Shown: positions 29,332 through 39,599 of the stretch, one piece after another
Layout: every line of letters begins with the position of its first letter
How positions within the stretch are numbered: position 1 is the stretch's first letter
The notes under the pieces: generated by a model
Seen by the model: only the letters and a program-made list of their open reading frames with translations
Databases searched by the model: none
What the model was told of the DNA's origin: nothing
Position numbers and translations under genes: made by a program
Assembly (NCBI GenBank): GCA_963841015.1
Contig: CAWJAX010000005.1
Span: forward strand, 128,001-192,000
Length of the DNA: 64,000 nucleotides
Direction of reading: 5' to 3'
DNA from: an uncultured Methanoregulaceae archaeon
Lineage (GTDB): Archaea > Halobacteriota > Methanomicrobia > Methanomicrobiales > Methanospirillaceae

Positions 29332-30420
29332 TCAATCGAGATACTCTGCCAGCAGCTCGTCATAAAGGCGAACGGCATTATCCTTTGTTGGGGGAACTGA
29401 CGGAAATCCCTTATACTTCATTGCAAGAGGGATATCCTGCTTCAGGTTGAGCTGGTACTGACTTTTCGAATAAAACCAGCCCATCTTTTCGTAATAATAG
29501 GAAAGATATTCCTGTTCAGGTTGTCCCGGGGTTGGAATAAAGAGCCCATGGTGCTTATTGAGTTCAGCAAGTTCCATCATTGAAGTATACCCCGAGCGGC
29601 AGATTACAAACTTCGCCCGGTTCATGAGGCGTATTTTTTCCTGCGTGGTTGCATAAGAAATAAGCGTACACCTGTCAGAAAGTGATCGTGTCGTTGTTTT
29701 TTGCGGACTGCCCAGCAAGGCTATCGTGGACCCTTCAAGATCGGCCAGCAGGGGTATCAGGATCTCCTCAAGACGTGATCTCTGAGGCTCGGGTCCGGAT
29801 ATCAGGACGAGGTAGTCAAGATCCTGCTCAACATCCATTTTTGGGGTGCTTGAGAGAATTCCTGAAAAAAATACCTTTGAATCGGTCACCCCGCGAACCG
29901 GACGGGATAGTTTTCCCGCAATGGATGTCGCCCCAGGAGGATTATCGGGAACAATGACCCGGGAAAAATTTTCAAACAGGAAGTGATTTGCAACGATTGC
30001 TGAAAGTTCTATGGGCCAGAACGGGAGAGGGAAGTGATAGTGGAGCTGGTGAGTGATAAAGATCGTGGGAATTTTTAACGAATACACCCCGACCCGGTTG
30101 TCACTGATGATAAGATCATAATGGTCTCTTTCAAGAATGTGTTGCAGGTTATGGCGTTCTTCTGCCAGGGCTTTTGACATATTTGGCAGGGATGCAATAA
30201 ACTTCGGGATAAAGAAACGACTGGTGCTGTAAGGCGAAGGGTAATCGTTAAACTCAATGAAGCTGCATTCAGGGAATTCGTGCTGGAGAACGGTGAGTGC
30301 GTTACCGCACGCAGCGATAGTAACCTCGTGGTGATGGTCCAGCAGGCTCCTGATTATAGGAATATCTCTCGTTGCATGACCAAGACCCCAGCTGAGCGGA
30401 GAGAGCAGTACGTGAGCCAT
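29332..30420 (-). CDS. GT-B glycosyltransferase (GT28/MurG-like family)
   Basis: LSWGLGHATR, ISDNR, ICRSGYTSMME, IPTPGQPEQ. Confidence 0.88.
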   Translation of the reverse strand: MAHVLLSPLSWGLGHATRDIPIIRSLLDHHHEVTIAACGNALTVLQHEFPECSFIEFNDYPSPYSTSRFFIPKFIASLPNMSKALAEERHNLQHILERDHYDLIISDNRVGVYSLKIPTIFITHQLHYHFPLPFWPIELSAIVANHFLFENFSRVIVPDNPPGATSIAGKLSRPVRGVTDSKVFFSGILSSTPKMDVEQDLDYLVLISGPEPQRSRLEEILIPLLADLEGSTIALLGSPQKTTTRSLSDRCTLISYATTQEKIRLMNRAKFVICRSGYTSMMELAELNKHHGLFIPTPGQPEQEYLSYYYEKMGWFYSKSQYQLNLKQDIPLAMKYKGFPSVPPTKDNAVRLYDELLAEYLD

Positions 30421-30546
30421 CCATCATCCCATTAATTCTGCATAGCTGTTTTCCTGCTTGAGTATTGAATGATTCGGATTTGAAATAACCGGAAGTGACA
30501 GCAAACACCCGATGTGTCACCATTATTTTATGAGGTATTTAATCAA

Positions 30547-31427
30547 ATGATTGTTAATATTCATTCAGGAGAGTTCGTATCAATCCGCTGGTCAGACTTC
30601 TACGGTTCGGGGAATATGGGTTATTGTCCATCATTGTCGGATTGTTCGGGGCTTTCCTCGGATCCTCCACAGTAGATATCTCTCTTGTCTACCTGGTGAT
30701 TTTTATCATCGCTTCCTCCGCGTTCGGATTTGTGGTAAATGATATTTCAGATCGTGAGCTGGACGCACAAACACCGTTTCCCAGAAATCCACTGGCAGAT
30801 GGTTCTATGTCCTTGAGGTTTGCTGTTTTCGTGAGCGCTGTCCTTTTCCTTATTACCCTGGGAAGTATGGTGCTCCTTCCGGCAAAGCTGCTCTGGATAG
30901 AAGTGCTGATCCTTTTTATGTTTGTTACGTACTCATTCCTCATTGAGACGAAAAACATTGCCGGACTTGACCTTGTTTATCATGCAGTCCTGCCGATGCT
31001 CTGCGGAATGCTCGGATACCTCCTGTATCACCCGTTCGATCGAATGGGCATCATCTTTTTTTCTCTCCTGGCAATATTTGGCATTATCAGTGAACTCCTC
31101 AATGAAATCCGGGATATTGAAAAGGATCGGAATAAACGGAGAAATTCCGTCATGATCATAGGAGAGCAGGCAGCATTCAAGTGGACCATTGCACTCATGG
31201 TTCTTGCGTTGATACTCTGCGCCTTCCTCGTCTCAGTAGAAATGGGTTATTACTGGCTGCTCCCGTTATTCCCCCTCGGGCTGATTCTTATTAAACCGGT
31301 GTTCAGGGCGATGAATGATGAGAGCTACAAGAAAAAATTTGTTAACGATATGAATACCCAGACAATCAAAGTCGCTGGCATCTCACTTCTTGTTTATTGC
31401 GTACTCCGGTTTTTTGGCTTCATGTGA
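30547..31427 (+). CDS. UbiA-family prenyltransferase (probable missing base near 30556)
   Basis: Asp-rich motifs NDISDRELD...RNPLADG and NEIRDIEKD. The frame extends upstream of the ORF call (NPLVRLLRF) to an out-of-frame ATG at 30547. Confidence 0.82.
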
Positions 31428-31463
31428 TAAAATTTCAAAGAGACCTCCCCTGAGCACCAAATA

Positions 31464-32327
31464 TTATTCCCACCGGTGCTGGTAGCCGCGTTTTTGGACA
31501 GGCTGATTATCAATCAGGACAATTTTTTCTTTAATTGTTGTGCCGATAACCGTATAAGAAACGCCATGAACCGGATGCCAGTGCGGGGGAAGGGTAAAGA
31601 TTAGTTCGTAGTCCCCACCCCCATAAAGAGCAAGTTCACGGGCTTGATTTGCAGGAATCCCGGCAGGAACTGGTAGTTTTGCAGAATCAAGGGAAAATCC
31701 ACATTCATTGACACTGAGCAGGTCCCAAAGTGAAAGGGCAATGCCGTCACTGTCGTCCATCATCGCGCTGACACCTGCTCTGGCAAGACGCTGACCTTCC
31801 TCCACCCGGGGTTGTGGTTCAAAGAGTGCCGTTTTAAACTGGATGTACCCGTCAAGGTATGCCTGTGCCTGGCCGGGTGTACCGGTAATACAGACAAGAT
31901 CCCCGGTTTGTGCACCGGTCCGACGCACAATATGGTCTTTTTCTACAAGTCCGAGTCCGGTAGTTACGACAGTCAGCTCTCCATGACGGTCAATATCCCC
32001 ACCAATGATCGCAGCGCCGAATCGTGTGCAACAATCCTGTGCACCCTGCATGATCCCGGCCAGCTTCTGCCATGTATCAAGCCCGACAGCAATCAGGAGA
32101 TATTTCGGCTCCGCCCCCATACTCGCAATGTCAGAAAGCGTAACCGCTGCACTCATCCAGCCAATCTGCCAGTCGCTCATCCCTTCAACAAAGTCGGTTG
32201 TACGGTGGAGCATGTCGGTTGTCACCACCATAACCTGATCACCACAGGTTACTTCGGCACAATCATCCAGGCATTTCTCTTTCCCGACAATTCCCATCAC
32301 GATGTTTAAGAGTTCACGGTCATCCAC
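31464..32327 (-). CDS. thiL: Thiamine-monophosphate kinase
   Basis: DDCA, TTDML, LSDIASMGAEP, IIGGD, MMDDSDG, GGDYELIFT, GYQH. Confidence 0.93.
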   Translation of the reverse strand: MDDRELLNIVMGIVGKEKCLDDCAEVTCGDQVMVVTTDMLHRTTDFVEGMSDWQIGWMSAAVTLSDIASMGAEPKYLLIAVGLDTWQKLAGIMQGAQDCCTRFGAAIIGGDIDRHGELTVVTTGLGLVEKDHIVRRTGAQTGDLVCITGTPGQAQAYLDGYIQFKTALFEPQPRVEEGQRLARAGVSAMMDDSDGIALSLWDLLSVNECGFSLDSAKLPVPAGIPANQARELALYGGGDYELIFTLPPHWHPVHGVSYTVIGTTIKEKIVLIDNQPVQKRGYQHRWE

Positions 32328-34284
32328 TCTTACGCACCTCCTTACCCCGTTCGCTCTTATACTCTTTGAAGATGTGCTCGATCATTTCAGATTTCTTTTC
32401 CCTTTCATGCTGATCCTGCATTTCCTGCCAGACTATAAGAGCGGCTTTTAGCATTTCCTTCCCACAGAGCCCCCGATTTCCCCGAACCTGAACACCGGCA
32501 TCCTTATCAGAAATTAGGGGGATGCCCATTTCCCGGAATATCGGAAGCATCCGGGGATCACTTTCTGCAAGTACCGCTTCACTGGTAACAACCGCTTTTA
32601 TCCGGATTCCAGCGAGATCCTTAACCACACTTTTTCCCCAGCCATCAAGCCGGGTCACAAAGATAATATCTCCTTCTTCTATCCCAACCTCCTCAATGAG
32701 CCGGCGAAATCCTTCTTTTGTCAGAGCCTCCATCACTTTCACCGGCAGCACTTCACCATCCATTGAGAGCTCAGCAAACTGTTTTATGCGTACGATGCGT
32801 TTGGAAAGATTCCTGTTATGCCGTTCCTCCTTTCGCAGTCGCTTTTTTAAGCTCTGTATAACGACATCTTTTTTTATCACTTCAGTATCCTTTGCAATCT
32901 TTGCATCCTGAGACGTGTGGATCTTCCGGAGGCGGGCCTGAAGCCTCTGGATTTCATAATCCTTCTCCTTGACTTCTTCCTGCAACTCTCCAACAAAAGT
33001 ACGCAGGCGTTTCACCATCCCGTCAAGCACCCTTACCTTCTCATCATGTTTTACTTCCACCGGGACCACAGGTGCATCTATTGATGGCATCGGCGTTATG
33101 GTGTTCATATCACCGATTACCTGATCGAGTGACTGCCCTCTGATAACCCGTGCCCGTACTTCGTCAAGATCATGTCCCGGGGGAATTCGCTTCAGTAAGT
33201 TCTGGAACTTATGCCGGTACTGGCGATGCGCATCAAGCGCAGCAGAAAGAGCATCACGTTCATGATCGTTTCCATACGGAAAGGCTGCGGTAAGTTCTAC
33301 CTTTGTCTCAACACTCACATCCTGTTTTGGGGTATAGGCAACAGCAGAAAACGCCCGCCGGATCTTCTCTACAGAATGGGGCATTTCCTGCACATCTGAT
33401 GCAATAATGAGCGGTTTTCCTACGCGGCAGAGTGACTCAACGACATCTCCCATATTCATCTGCCGGGAACTTGCAAGATGAAGCAGGTTACCATCGAGAT
33501 CAAGAGCGGCGACCGCTGTAGTCGTACCAGGATCAATTCCTACAATCAGGTACCGCGGTTTACCCGAGAGAGGTCGGAACCGGATCCTCTCGAGGCGTTT
33601 CCCACTGATTCGAACCTGCACATCGGAGCCACGGTACGTTGAAATTGGGACTTGATCTCTTGTTGCAAAGATCCGGAATGCCACCCTGCTGCACCCGCCA
33701 AATGCCCGGGTCTCTTTTTTCTCGTACCGGAGCCCTGCTGCGACAAGAGCCATCTCAATCTCTCGCCCTTTCAACTGCACAGCACCATGGATCTTTCGCA
33801 CGTAACGATTCTGGCTCCACCCGCCTTTTCCCAGGGACCGGTGCCGGCTTACTACTACTTCGCTTTCGTTTTCAAATGCGATGACCTCTGCTCCTGCACC
33901 AAGAGAAGCCACGTGTGCAGCAGTGCGGGCTTCAGCAAACGGATCAAACCTGTTGAAGCTGATGTTGTACCGGGCAGCAACCTTACCGAGCGTCTCCTTA
34001 CGTTCCCCTCCGGTTACCTGAACAAGCCGGGTCTGCGGAGGCAAAGCCTGTAAAAAGAAAAAAAGATCGTGCTGGTCTGCGGCGATTTCCTGAAGGCTGT
34101 CTACCGCAAGTATATCGGGTTGTTCTTCATTGAGCATGCGAAAGAGCCGGAACATCGAGACCTCCGACTCGCTGTCAATATTCTGTCCCTCCATCCGCAC
34201 AAGAGCATACATTGGCCGCCGGGACCGTGACCTCACCGAACCTTTGATGATATCAATACCAAAGACCCTTAATCGATCACGCAT
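32320..34284 (-). CDS. DUF460 family protein (RNase H-like/RuvC-YqgF fold plus coiled coil)
   Basis: VFGIDII, RSLGKGGWSQNRY, IVGIDPGTT, IASDV, NDHERDALSAA, long coiled coil. Confidence 0.85.
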   Translation of the reverse strand: MRDRLRVFGIDIIKGSVRSRSRRPMYALVRMEGQNIDSESEVSMFRLFRMLNEEQPDILAVDSLQEIAADQHDLFFFLQALPPQTRLVQVTGGERKETLGKVAARYNISFNRFDPFAEARTAAHVASLGAGAEVIAFENESEVVVSRHRSLGKGGWSQNRYVRKIHGAVQLKGREIEMALVAAGLRYEKKETRAFGGCSRVAFRIFATRDQVPISTYRGSDVQVRISGKRLERIRFRPLSGKPRYLIVGIDPGTTTAVAALDLDGNLLHLASSRQMNMGDVVESLCRVGKPLIIASDVQEMPHSVEKIRRAFSAVAYTPKQDVSVETKVELTAAFPYGNDHERDALSAALDAHRQYRHKFQNLLKRIPPGHDLDEVRARVIRGQSLDQVIGDMNTITPMPSIDAPVVPVEVKHDEKVRVLDGMVKRLRTFVGELQEEVKEKDYEIQRLQARLRKIHTSQDAKIAKDTEVIKKDVVIQSLKKRLRKEERHNRNLSKRIVRIKQFAELSMDGEVLPVKVMEALTKEGFRRLIEEVGIEEGDIIFVTRLDGWGKSVVKDLAGIRIKAVVTSEAVLAESDPRMLPIFREMGIPLISDKDAGVQVRGNRGLCGKEMLKAALIVWQEMQDQHEREKKSEMIEHIFKEYKSERGKEVRKSG

Positions 34285-35126
34285 CGTATCGCATCCCCGC
34301 GATCATACTTGACATTGTATTTACGTTTAAAAAACGTGAGGATATTATCGACGTCACGCTCCAGCATTGACGCAGCATTCGGGTGTGTGGTTCCTACCCA
34401 CTGTGGCCAGTCAATGATAACGCACCTCCCCTCCTCCATGAGGATGTTATATTCTGAAAGGTCGCCGTGGATAATTCCTTCTCGATAGGCAATGCCAGCA
34501 TTTGTAAGGATCTCATCAAGCACCTCTTCTGGCTCTTCAACCCGGCAATGATTCAGATTTGGACCGGTTATCAATGCCATCACAACCGTATGACGGTTTT
34601 GTCCGATGGGGAGGGGTACAGTGACTTTCGGGTGCAGGGCAGTGAGTGCCTGGTATTCCCGTTCTGCCGATCTCCGGGAAGCAATCAGCCAGGGACAGTG
34701 ACCTTCCTCAGGCATGTAATCACGGTTGACACGTGCTGATGAGAATGAACGCCCCCCAACCCGGTGAAACTTGATAGCAACCGGGCCAAGCCCCAGAGCT
34801 TCATATACTACGGACTCCTTTCCCTCGCCAATCTTCGATCCGAGAGCCGATATCGTTCCGTTCCGGGTGAGGGTCATGAGCGCAAGCGTGTCGTAACCAC
34901 CAAAAACAAGAGCATATCCATCGTAGGGCACGGGATTGAACCGGACCATGCCCCATTCGATCAGACGGGCGAGGCGATAGTTGACTTCGGATTCTGAAAG
35001 TCTGGTAGTGATTTTGATCTGTTCCAGCGGCACCCATGCGTAGTGTTTCATCCCACGTTCAAGCGCGTTGAGGATGGATTTTTCATATTTGTTCAGGGTG
35101 CGGATATGCTCCGCGGCGACGACCAT
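34269..35126 (-). CDS. rio2: RIO2-type Ser/Thr kinase
   Basis: N-terminal wHTH, IGEGKESVVY, AIKFHR, IHGDLSEYNIL, IIDWPQ. Confidence 0.92.
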   Translation of the reverse strand: MVVAAEHIRTLNKYEKSILNALERGMKHYAWVPLEQIKITTRLSESEVNYRLARLIEWGMVRFNPVPYDGYALVFGGYDTLALMTLTRNGTISALGSKIGEGKESVVYEALGLGPVAIKFHRVGGRSFSSARVNRDYMPEEGHCPWLIASRRSAEREYQALTALHPKVTVPLPIGQNRHTVVMALITGPNLNHCRVEEPEEVLDEILTNAGIAYREGIIHGDLSEYNILMEEGRCVIIDWPQWVGTTHPNAASMLERDVDNILTFFKRKYNVKYDRGDAIRCVID

Positions 35127-35244
35127 AATCGTTAGAGTGGTTATGTGTAAGACTATAAAATCACATCTTTCGATGTCGTATCAAAAAGCAACCAGCGCAA
35201 CCTTAAACATCTTTTATCGTCCAGATAAAAAATGGATTTGACGA

Positions 35245-36138
35245 ATGCAGTGCAACAAGTGCAGGAGGAACGCGATACTTTTTCAGGAATACTCCGGGCT
35301 GCACCTTTGCAAACAACATTTTGAAGCTGATGTTGAGGTAAAAGCCAAGCATGAAATCCGCAGGCACCGGTGGATTATACCTGGCGATCATATCGCTGTA
35401 GCCCTCTCCGGTGACAAAAGCAGTGCTGCACTCCTGTATTTTTTAAAAAAACTTACATCAAATCGTCGCGATATTACCATTTCTGCAATTTCAATCGATG
35501 AAGGAATCACGGGATATCGTGATCCGGAAACTGCGATGCGGATCGCTGAACTGCTGGACACGGAATGCATTATGGGATCTTTTAAGGAAAACTTTGGGAC
35601 TACCGTTGATGAGATCTCAACAATAAAAGGCACCCTTTCCTGCACGTATTGCCGCGTTCTTCGGAATTTCCTGCTGAACCAGATTGCCAAAAAACACGGG
35701 ATAACAAAACTTGCTTTGAGCCAGACTCTGGATGAGCGGGGAGTGTCGGTGCTGAAGAATCTACTCCAGGGGATTCCTGAGATTCTGGTGAATTCAGAGC
35801 GAGAGGCCCGAGGAAAAATTCCCCGGATCCGGCCGTTCATCTCTGTTCCTCACAAAGAAGTGGCACTCTATGCAGATCTTCATGTCAAAGGGAGTGATCG
35901 ATCCCTGTGTCGTTATAATTACAAACCATTTGACAAGGATGTGCAGGCAATGCTGAATGAATTCACCATTCGTCACCCGGCAACAAAATATGCTGTCATG
36001 AACCTGGGGGAAAAACTGGCTGGTGCATGTGTGTCCATGGCAGATTCAATTTCTTCCTGTGAGCAGTGCGGTGAATCAATATCTGGCATATGCCAGAGCT
36101 GCCGGATAATCAATGAGGTGACTGCAAATGGCACTTAG
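35245..36138 (+). CDS. NcsA/TtuA/Ctu1-like tRNA thiolation family paralog with degenerate PP-loop
   Basis: N-terminal CxxC...C..HF, VALSGDKSS, IDEGI, CTYC, IRPF, C-terminal CxxC-CxxC. Confidence 0.78.
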   Translation: MQCNKCRRNAILFQEYSGLHLCKQHFEADVEVKAKHEIRRHRWIIPGDHIAVALSGDKSSAALLYFLKKLTSNRRDITISAISIDEGITGYRDPETAMRIAELLDTECIMGSFKENFGTTVDEISTIKGTLSCTYCRVLRNFLLNQIAKKHGITKLALSQTLDERGVSVLKNLLQGIPEILVNSEREARGKIPRIRPFISVPHKEVALYADLHVKGSDRSLCRYNYKPFDKDVQAMLNEFTIRHPATKYAVMNLGEKLAGACVSMADSISSCEQCGESISGICQSCRIINEVTANGT

Positions 36139-37835
36139 GCGGGGACGGGTATGGAGGGCGATCCGGAATTCTCCCGGCATACAAATCTCCATCTATTTTT
36201 TGGCGTTTGCCCTGCTGATAGGTCTCAATACCTATTTATTTTACTCCTACTACCCTCTGCTGGAGAGCAAACCCCTTTCGTGGTCTGAATCACTTCTGTT
36301 TGTCGTTGAATCCATGACAACGGTCGGATATGGCGAGTTGTTACCCTTCTCCAGCGAAATTACCCGATTTCTGGTTATCCAGATCATACTGTCCGGCGTA
36401 ATCATGATCTTCGTTGTTATCCCGCTTCTTCTTGCCCCTTTCCTTACTACCCTTCTTGCTCCCGCTCCCCCACGAAGAACCCCTCACCGCCTTTCCGGAC
36501 ATACCATCATCATGGGTTACAACAAGCTCTACCAGTTCGGTTATTGACAGTCTCGGCATCTCTGACCAGGATATTGTGATTATTGAACAGGATAAAGGAA
36601 AAGCCCTTGAAATTGCCACACGTTACCGTAAACATGCCTATGTGATCTGGGGGGATTATACTGATCCTGAAACATGGTCGGCAGCACATATAACGGGAGC
36701 ACTTTTTGTTGTTATCTGTTTGGATGAGCGGCAGACCGCCAATATCGTTCTTGGTATACGTGAACAGGTAAAAGGAAAGATAATTTCAGTGGTAGACAAG
36801 CTCTCTTTTGACCGGTACCTCCGATTTGCTGGTGCGGATTATGTGCTATCTCCCAAACACACTACGGGAAAGCTTTTGGCACGCCATGCCATCTTCAAGC
36901 CGGGAGGGGATAGCGAACAGGCTATTCCCGGGCTGAACAGGATTACCCTCGATCTTCAGCATGACGGGGGTCAGGAACTCAGGCTTATCAACATCCCCCT
37001 GGTCTTCGGCTGCAATGCTGCGTTTAAATCCCTGAAAGAACTTCATCTTTTTGAGCGGTTCGGTATCATTATCCCGTTTCTCTGGAAGGCAGGAAAATTC
37101 ATTCCCTCTCCTGATGAGGATATTGTCGTCGACAACACTACATCATTGTTCCTTTTTGGCAGGACTGAAGCCATAGTCGCCACGCTCAAGGAGGAGTTCA
37201 ACACAGACGAGTGTACAGATGCTTTGGCAGTTATCGCCGGTTTTGGGGATGTTGGTGCAGGTGCATACCAGAAACTTTCGGAATCCGGTGTTTCATGCAT
37301 CGTGGTCGATTCAAAAAAACAGGAAGTGGAGCAGGTTATCGGCAATGCTGAAGATGAGGATGTGCTAAAAAAAGCCTCCATCGAAGAGGCACGGTTTTGT
37401 ATTGTTGCTTTGAACGACGACGATGTCAATATATTTACCACACTCATGGCCCGGAACCTGAACCCGGTTATCCGGATCCTTGCACGGGCAAATGAGCCGG
37501 CATCCGTTGAGAAACTATACCGGGCGGGTGCTGATTATGTTGCTCTCCTTCCCAGGATCGGGGGGCAGACGATTGCCAGGATCATTCTTTCTGACACAAT
37601 AACCATACTTCTTGAACTGCCAAACAATGATCTGGTAATCCTTAACCATGTCCGAACCATCTATCCGAAACCGGTGAGCTGGTTTATCAGGAAAACCGGT
37701 GTCCGTATCATCGGTATCGAGAAACCAGGATCTTCTGTTGTTGCCCCTGGTCCGGAGGAGATTCTGACGGAGGGTGATGCTGTCGTAGCTGTAGGAAATA
37801 TCGAACAATTGAAAAAGTTCATCCGACTACTCTAA
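36128..37835 (+). CDS. Potassium channel (2 TM pore, TVGYG) with tandem RCK domains (one extra base near 36530)
   Basis: ESMTTVGYGE filter, HTIIMGY| continuing into RCK domains with IAGFGDVG and RAGADYV. Confidence 0.88.
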
Positions 37836-37849
37836 GCGGGGTGAGGGTT

Positions 37850-38605
37850 ATGGTAACTGAACTCGGGTGCAGGATGGGGCAGGTAGAACAGATGATCCGG
37901 TACGCATACTGGACCAGCGGGTGCAGGGGAATTGTTGTGGGACTGAGCGGGGGTGTTGATTCAGCGGTTGCAGCAGCGTTCTGCTGCCGGGCAATCGGCG
38001 GCGATAAAGTGCTGGGACTCTCCCTTCCCTCCACGATAAGCAACCCGGCAGATATCAAAGATGCTGCAGCGCTCTGTGAGCAGATGGGGATGATTCACCA
38101 TGTAATAAGCATAGAACCCATGCTTGAAGGATTCAGAACCATGCCGGAATTTAAAGAGTCCCGATACCTGCTCGGCAATCTGATGGCGCGAACCCGTATG
38201 GCTGTTCTGTATTATCACGCCAACCGTGACCAGAAAATAGTCTGTGGTACCTCAAACAGGAGTGAATTTATGCTCGGTTACTGCACAAAGTATGGCGATA
38301 ATGCGGCAGACCTCCAGCCTTTGCTGCACCTGTATAAAACTGAAGTCTATGAATATGCCAATGAACTTGGAATTCCCGAACCAATTATTAAAAAGGCACC
38401 CTCCGCTGGTCTGTGGGAGGGACAGCGCGATGAAGAAGAGATCGGTCTTTCCTATGCAGAAATTGATCATTCACTCCAGGCACTTGAGCTGAAGGGCTGG
38501 ATTGCAGCAACACCCACCGAAGAAAAGGTGCTCGGGCTCGTGAAAAAAAGTGAACACAAAAGAATTCCGGCACCTAACCTTTTAGCAGTACAGAAAATAC
38601 CGTAA
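37850..38605 (+). CDS. nadE: NH3-dependent NAD+ synthetase
   Basis: GLSGGVDSA, GNLMARTRM, GTSNRSE, TKYGD, PSAGLW..QRDE, HKR. Confidence 0.95.
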   Translation: MVTELGCRMGQVEQMIRYAYWTSGCRGIVVGLSGGVDSAVAAAFCCRAIGGDKVLGLSLPSTISNPADIKDAAALCEQMGMIHHVISIEPMLEGFRTMPEFKESRYLLGNLMARTRMAVLYYHANRDQKIVCGTSNRSEFMLGYCTKYGDNAADLQPLLHLYKTEVYEYANELGIPEPIIKKAPSAGLWEGQRDEEEIGLSYAEIDHSLQALELKGWIAATPTEEKVLGLVKKSEHKRIPAPNLLAVQKIP

Positions 38606-39281
38606 GGAATTTTTCCGGGAAGTTGAGGAATGCGAGTGCATCATCGTTCCCGATCAGGTTATACAGGGGTGCCTTGCATATCCGGTGAGTCCCCATCCCG
38701 CAGCTTGCCCCGATATACCTTATTGGGGGACAAACGGGATAATGGGAATTTTTGTGCATCTTCCCGGAACTCATCTCATAATAAGCAGCACCATGATATT
38801 TTTCATACTCACCATACTCGCTTTGGAATGCCGTTGAGACAATATTTGCCATAGTGAGGGTTGTATCCGGAGACGGGTTGATGGATATATGCCCGTAGTC
38901 CGGCGGGATTATCACAAGATCACCGGCTCGTGCAGAGATCATCACCGCATCATCAAGTGTCTGTGACTGGAGAAGGTAATGTGCCTGACCTTCAATGACT
39001 TCATAGATCTCCGGATAACCGATCCCTGCTGGGTTCTTCGGATGATAGTGCCCTTTGGTCTTTACCCATTCCCCACAGAGAGTCCGTGAAGGAATGACCG
39101 TAAGATCGTAACGCAGGTTGTGGTGGTGTAGCCACCTCCAGTCTGCATCCGATTTTGCGAGGTCCCGGTACATATAATAGAGGACACCGCTGCTCTCACA
39201 CGAAGGAACGGCAAGGACAGAACGCATCTCCTCAATAGTCCGAACCGCGGGCTGAGGCAGCTCGCCTTCCCATCCAAGCAT
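38574..39281 (-). CDS. Cupin-type glucose-6-phosphate isomerase
   Basis: YYMYRD, LRYDLTVI, KTKGHYH, YPEIYEV, IPPDYGHISIN. Confidence 0.85.
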   Translation of the reverse strand: MLGWEGELPQPAVRTIEEMRSVLAVPSCESSGVLYYMYRDLAKSDADWRWLHHHNLRYDLTVIPSRTLCGEWVKTKGHYHPKNPAGIGYPEIYEVIEGQAHYLLQSQTLDDAVMISARAGDLVIIPPDYGHISINPSPDTTLTMANIVSTAFQSEYGEYEKYHGAAYYEMSSGKMHKNSHYPVCPPIRYIGASCGMGTHRICKAPLYNLIGNDDALAFLNFPEKFLTVFSVLLKG

Positions 39282-39545
39282 CACTTCTTCTTTCGCATTA
39301 CAAGTAAATAATACCCGGCGCCGATTCTATCAGGATGTTAACTACCCTTACAGCCAGACCTGTATCTTTTGCAAATAGCGACCGCAGCCGGGTCTGCCTT
39401 TTAACATCCACGGTGCTCCGCAATACTCGCTGGCACCCCGATAGCGTTGCCGATATCAGGGGGCTCTTGCCAGGATAAGTCAAAAAGATCTCAAAGAACA
39501 AGAAAAACAATTATCGGTTTTAGAAAGATTTCATAAATGCCCACT

Positions 39546-39567
39546 TGTTGTTATTATTATAACAACA
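39546..39567. promoter_or_regulatory. Palindromic operator candidate upstream of the TrmB gene
   Basis: Perfect inverted repeat TGTTGTTAT-N4-ATAACAACA directly abutting a TTTAATAT TATA-like box about 30 nt before the ATG. Confidence 0.65.
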
Positions 39568-39599
39568 TTTAATATTACAGGATATAAAGGGATGTTTCG

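Noticed and set aside
36520-36547. Deliberate split of the K-channel pore from the RCK domains (MthK-like)
   Set aside because: The break falls inside the first RCK strand-helix motif and the downstream frame has no good start. A one-base correction restores one protein.
39425-39480. SAM-I riboswitch-like words on the minus strand (CTTATC, AAGAG, GGCAAC, GGTGCCA)
   Set aside because: The P2 kink-turn/pseudoknot and the closing GATAAG strand are missing, and the spacing does not fit.
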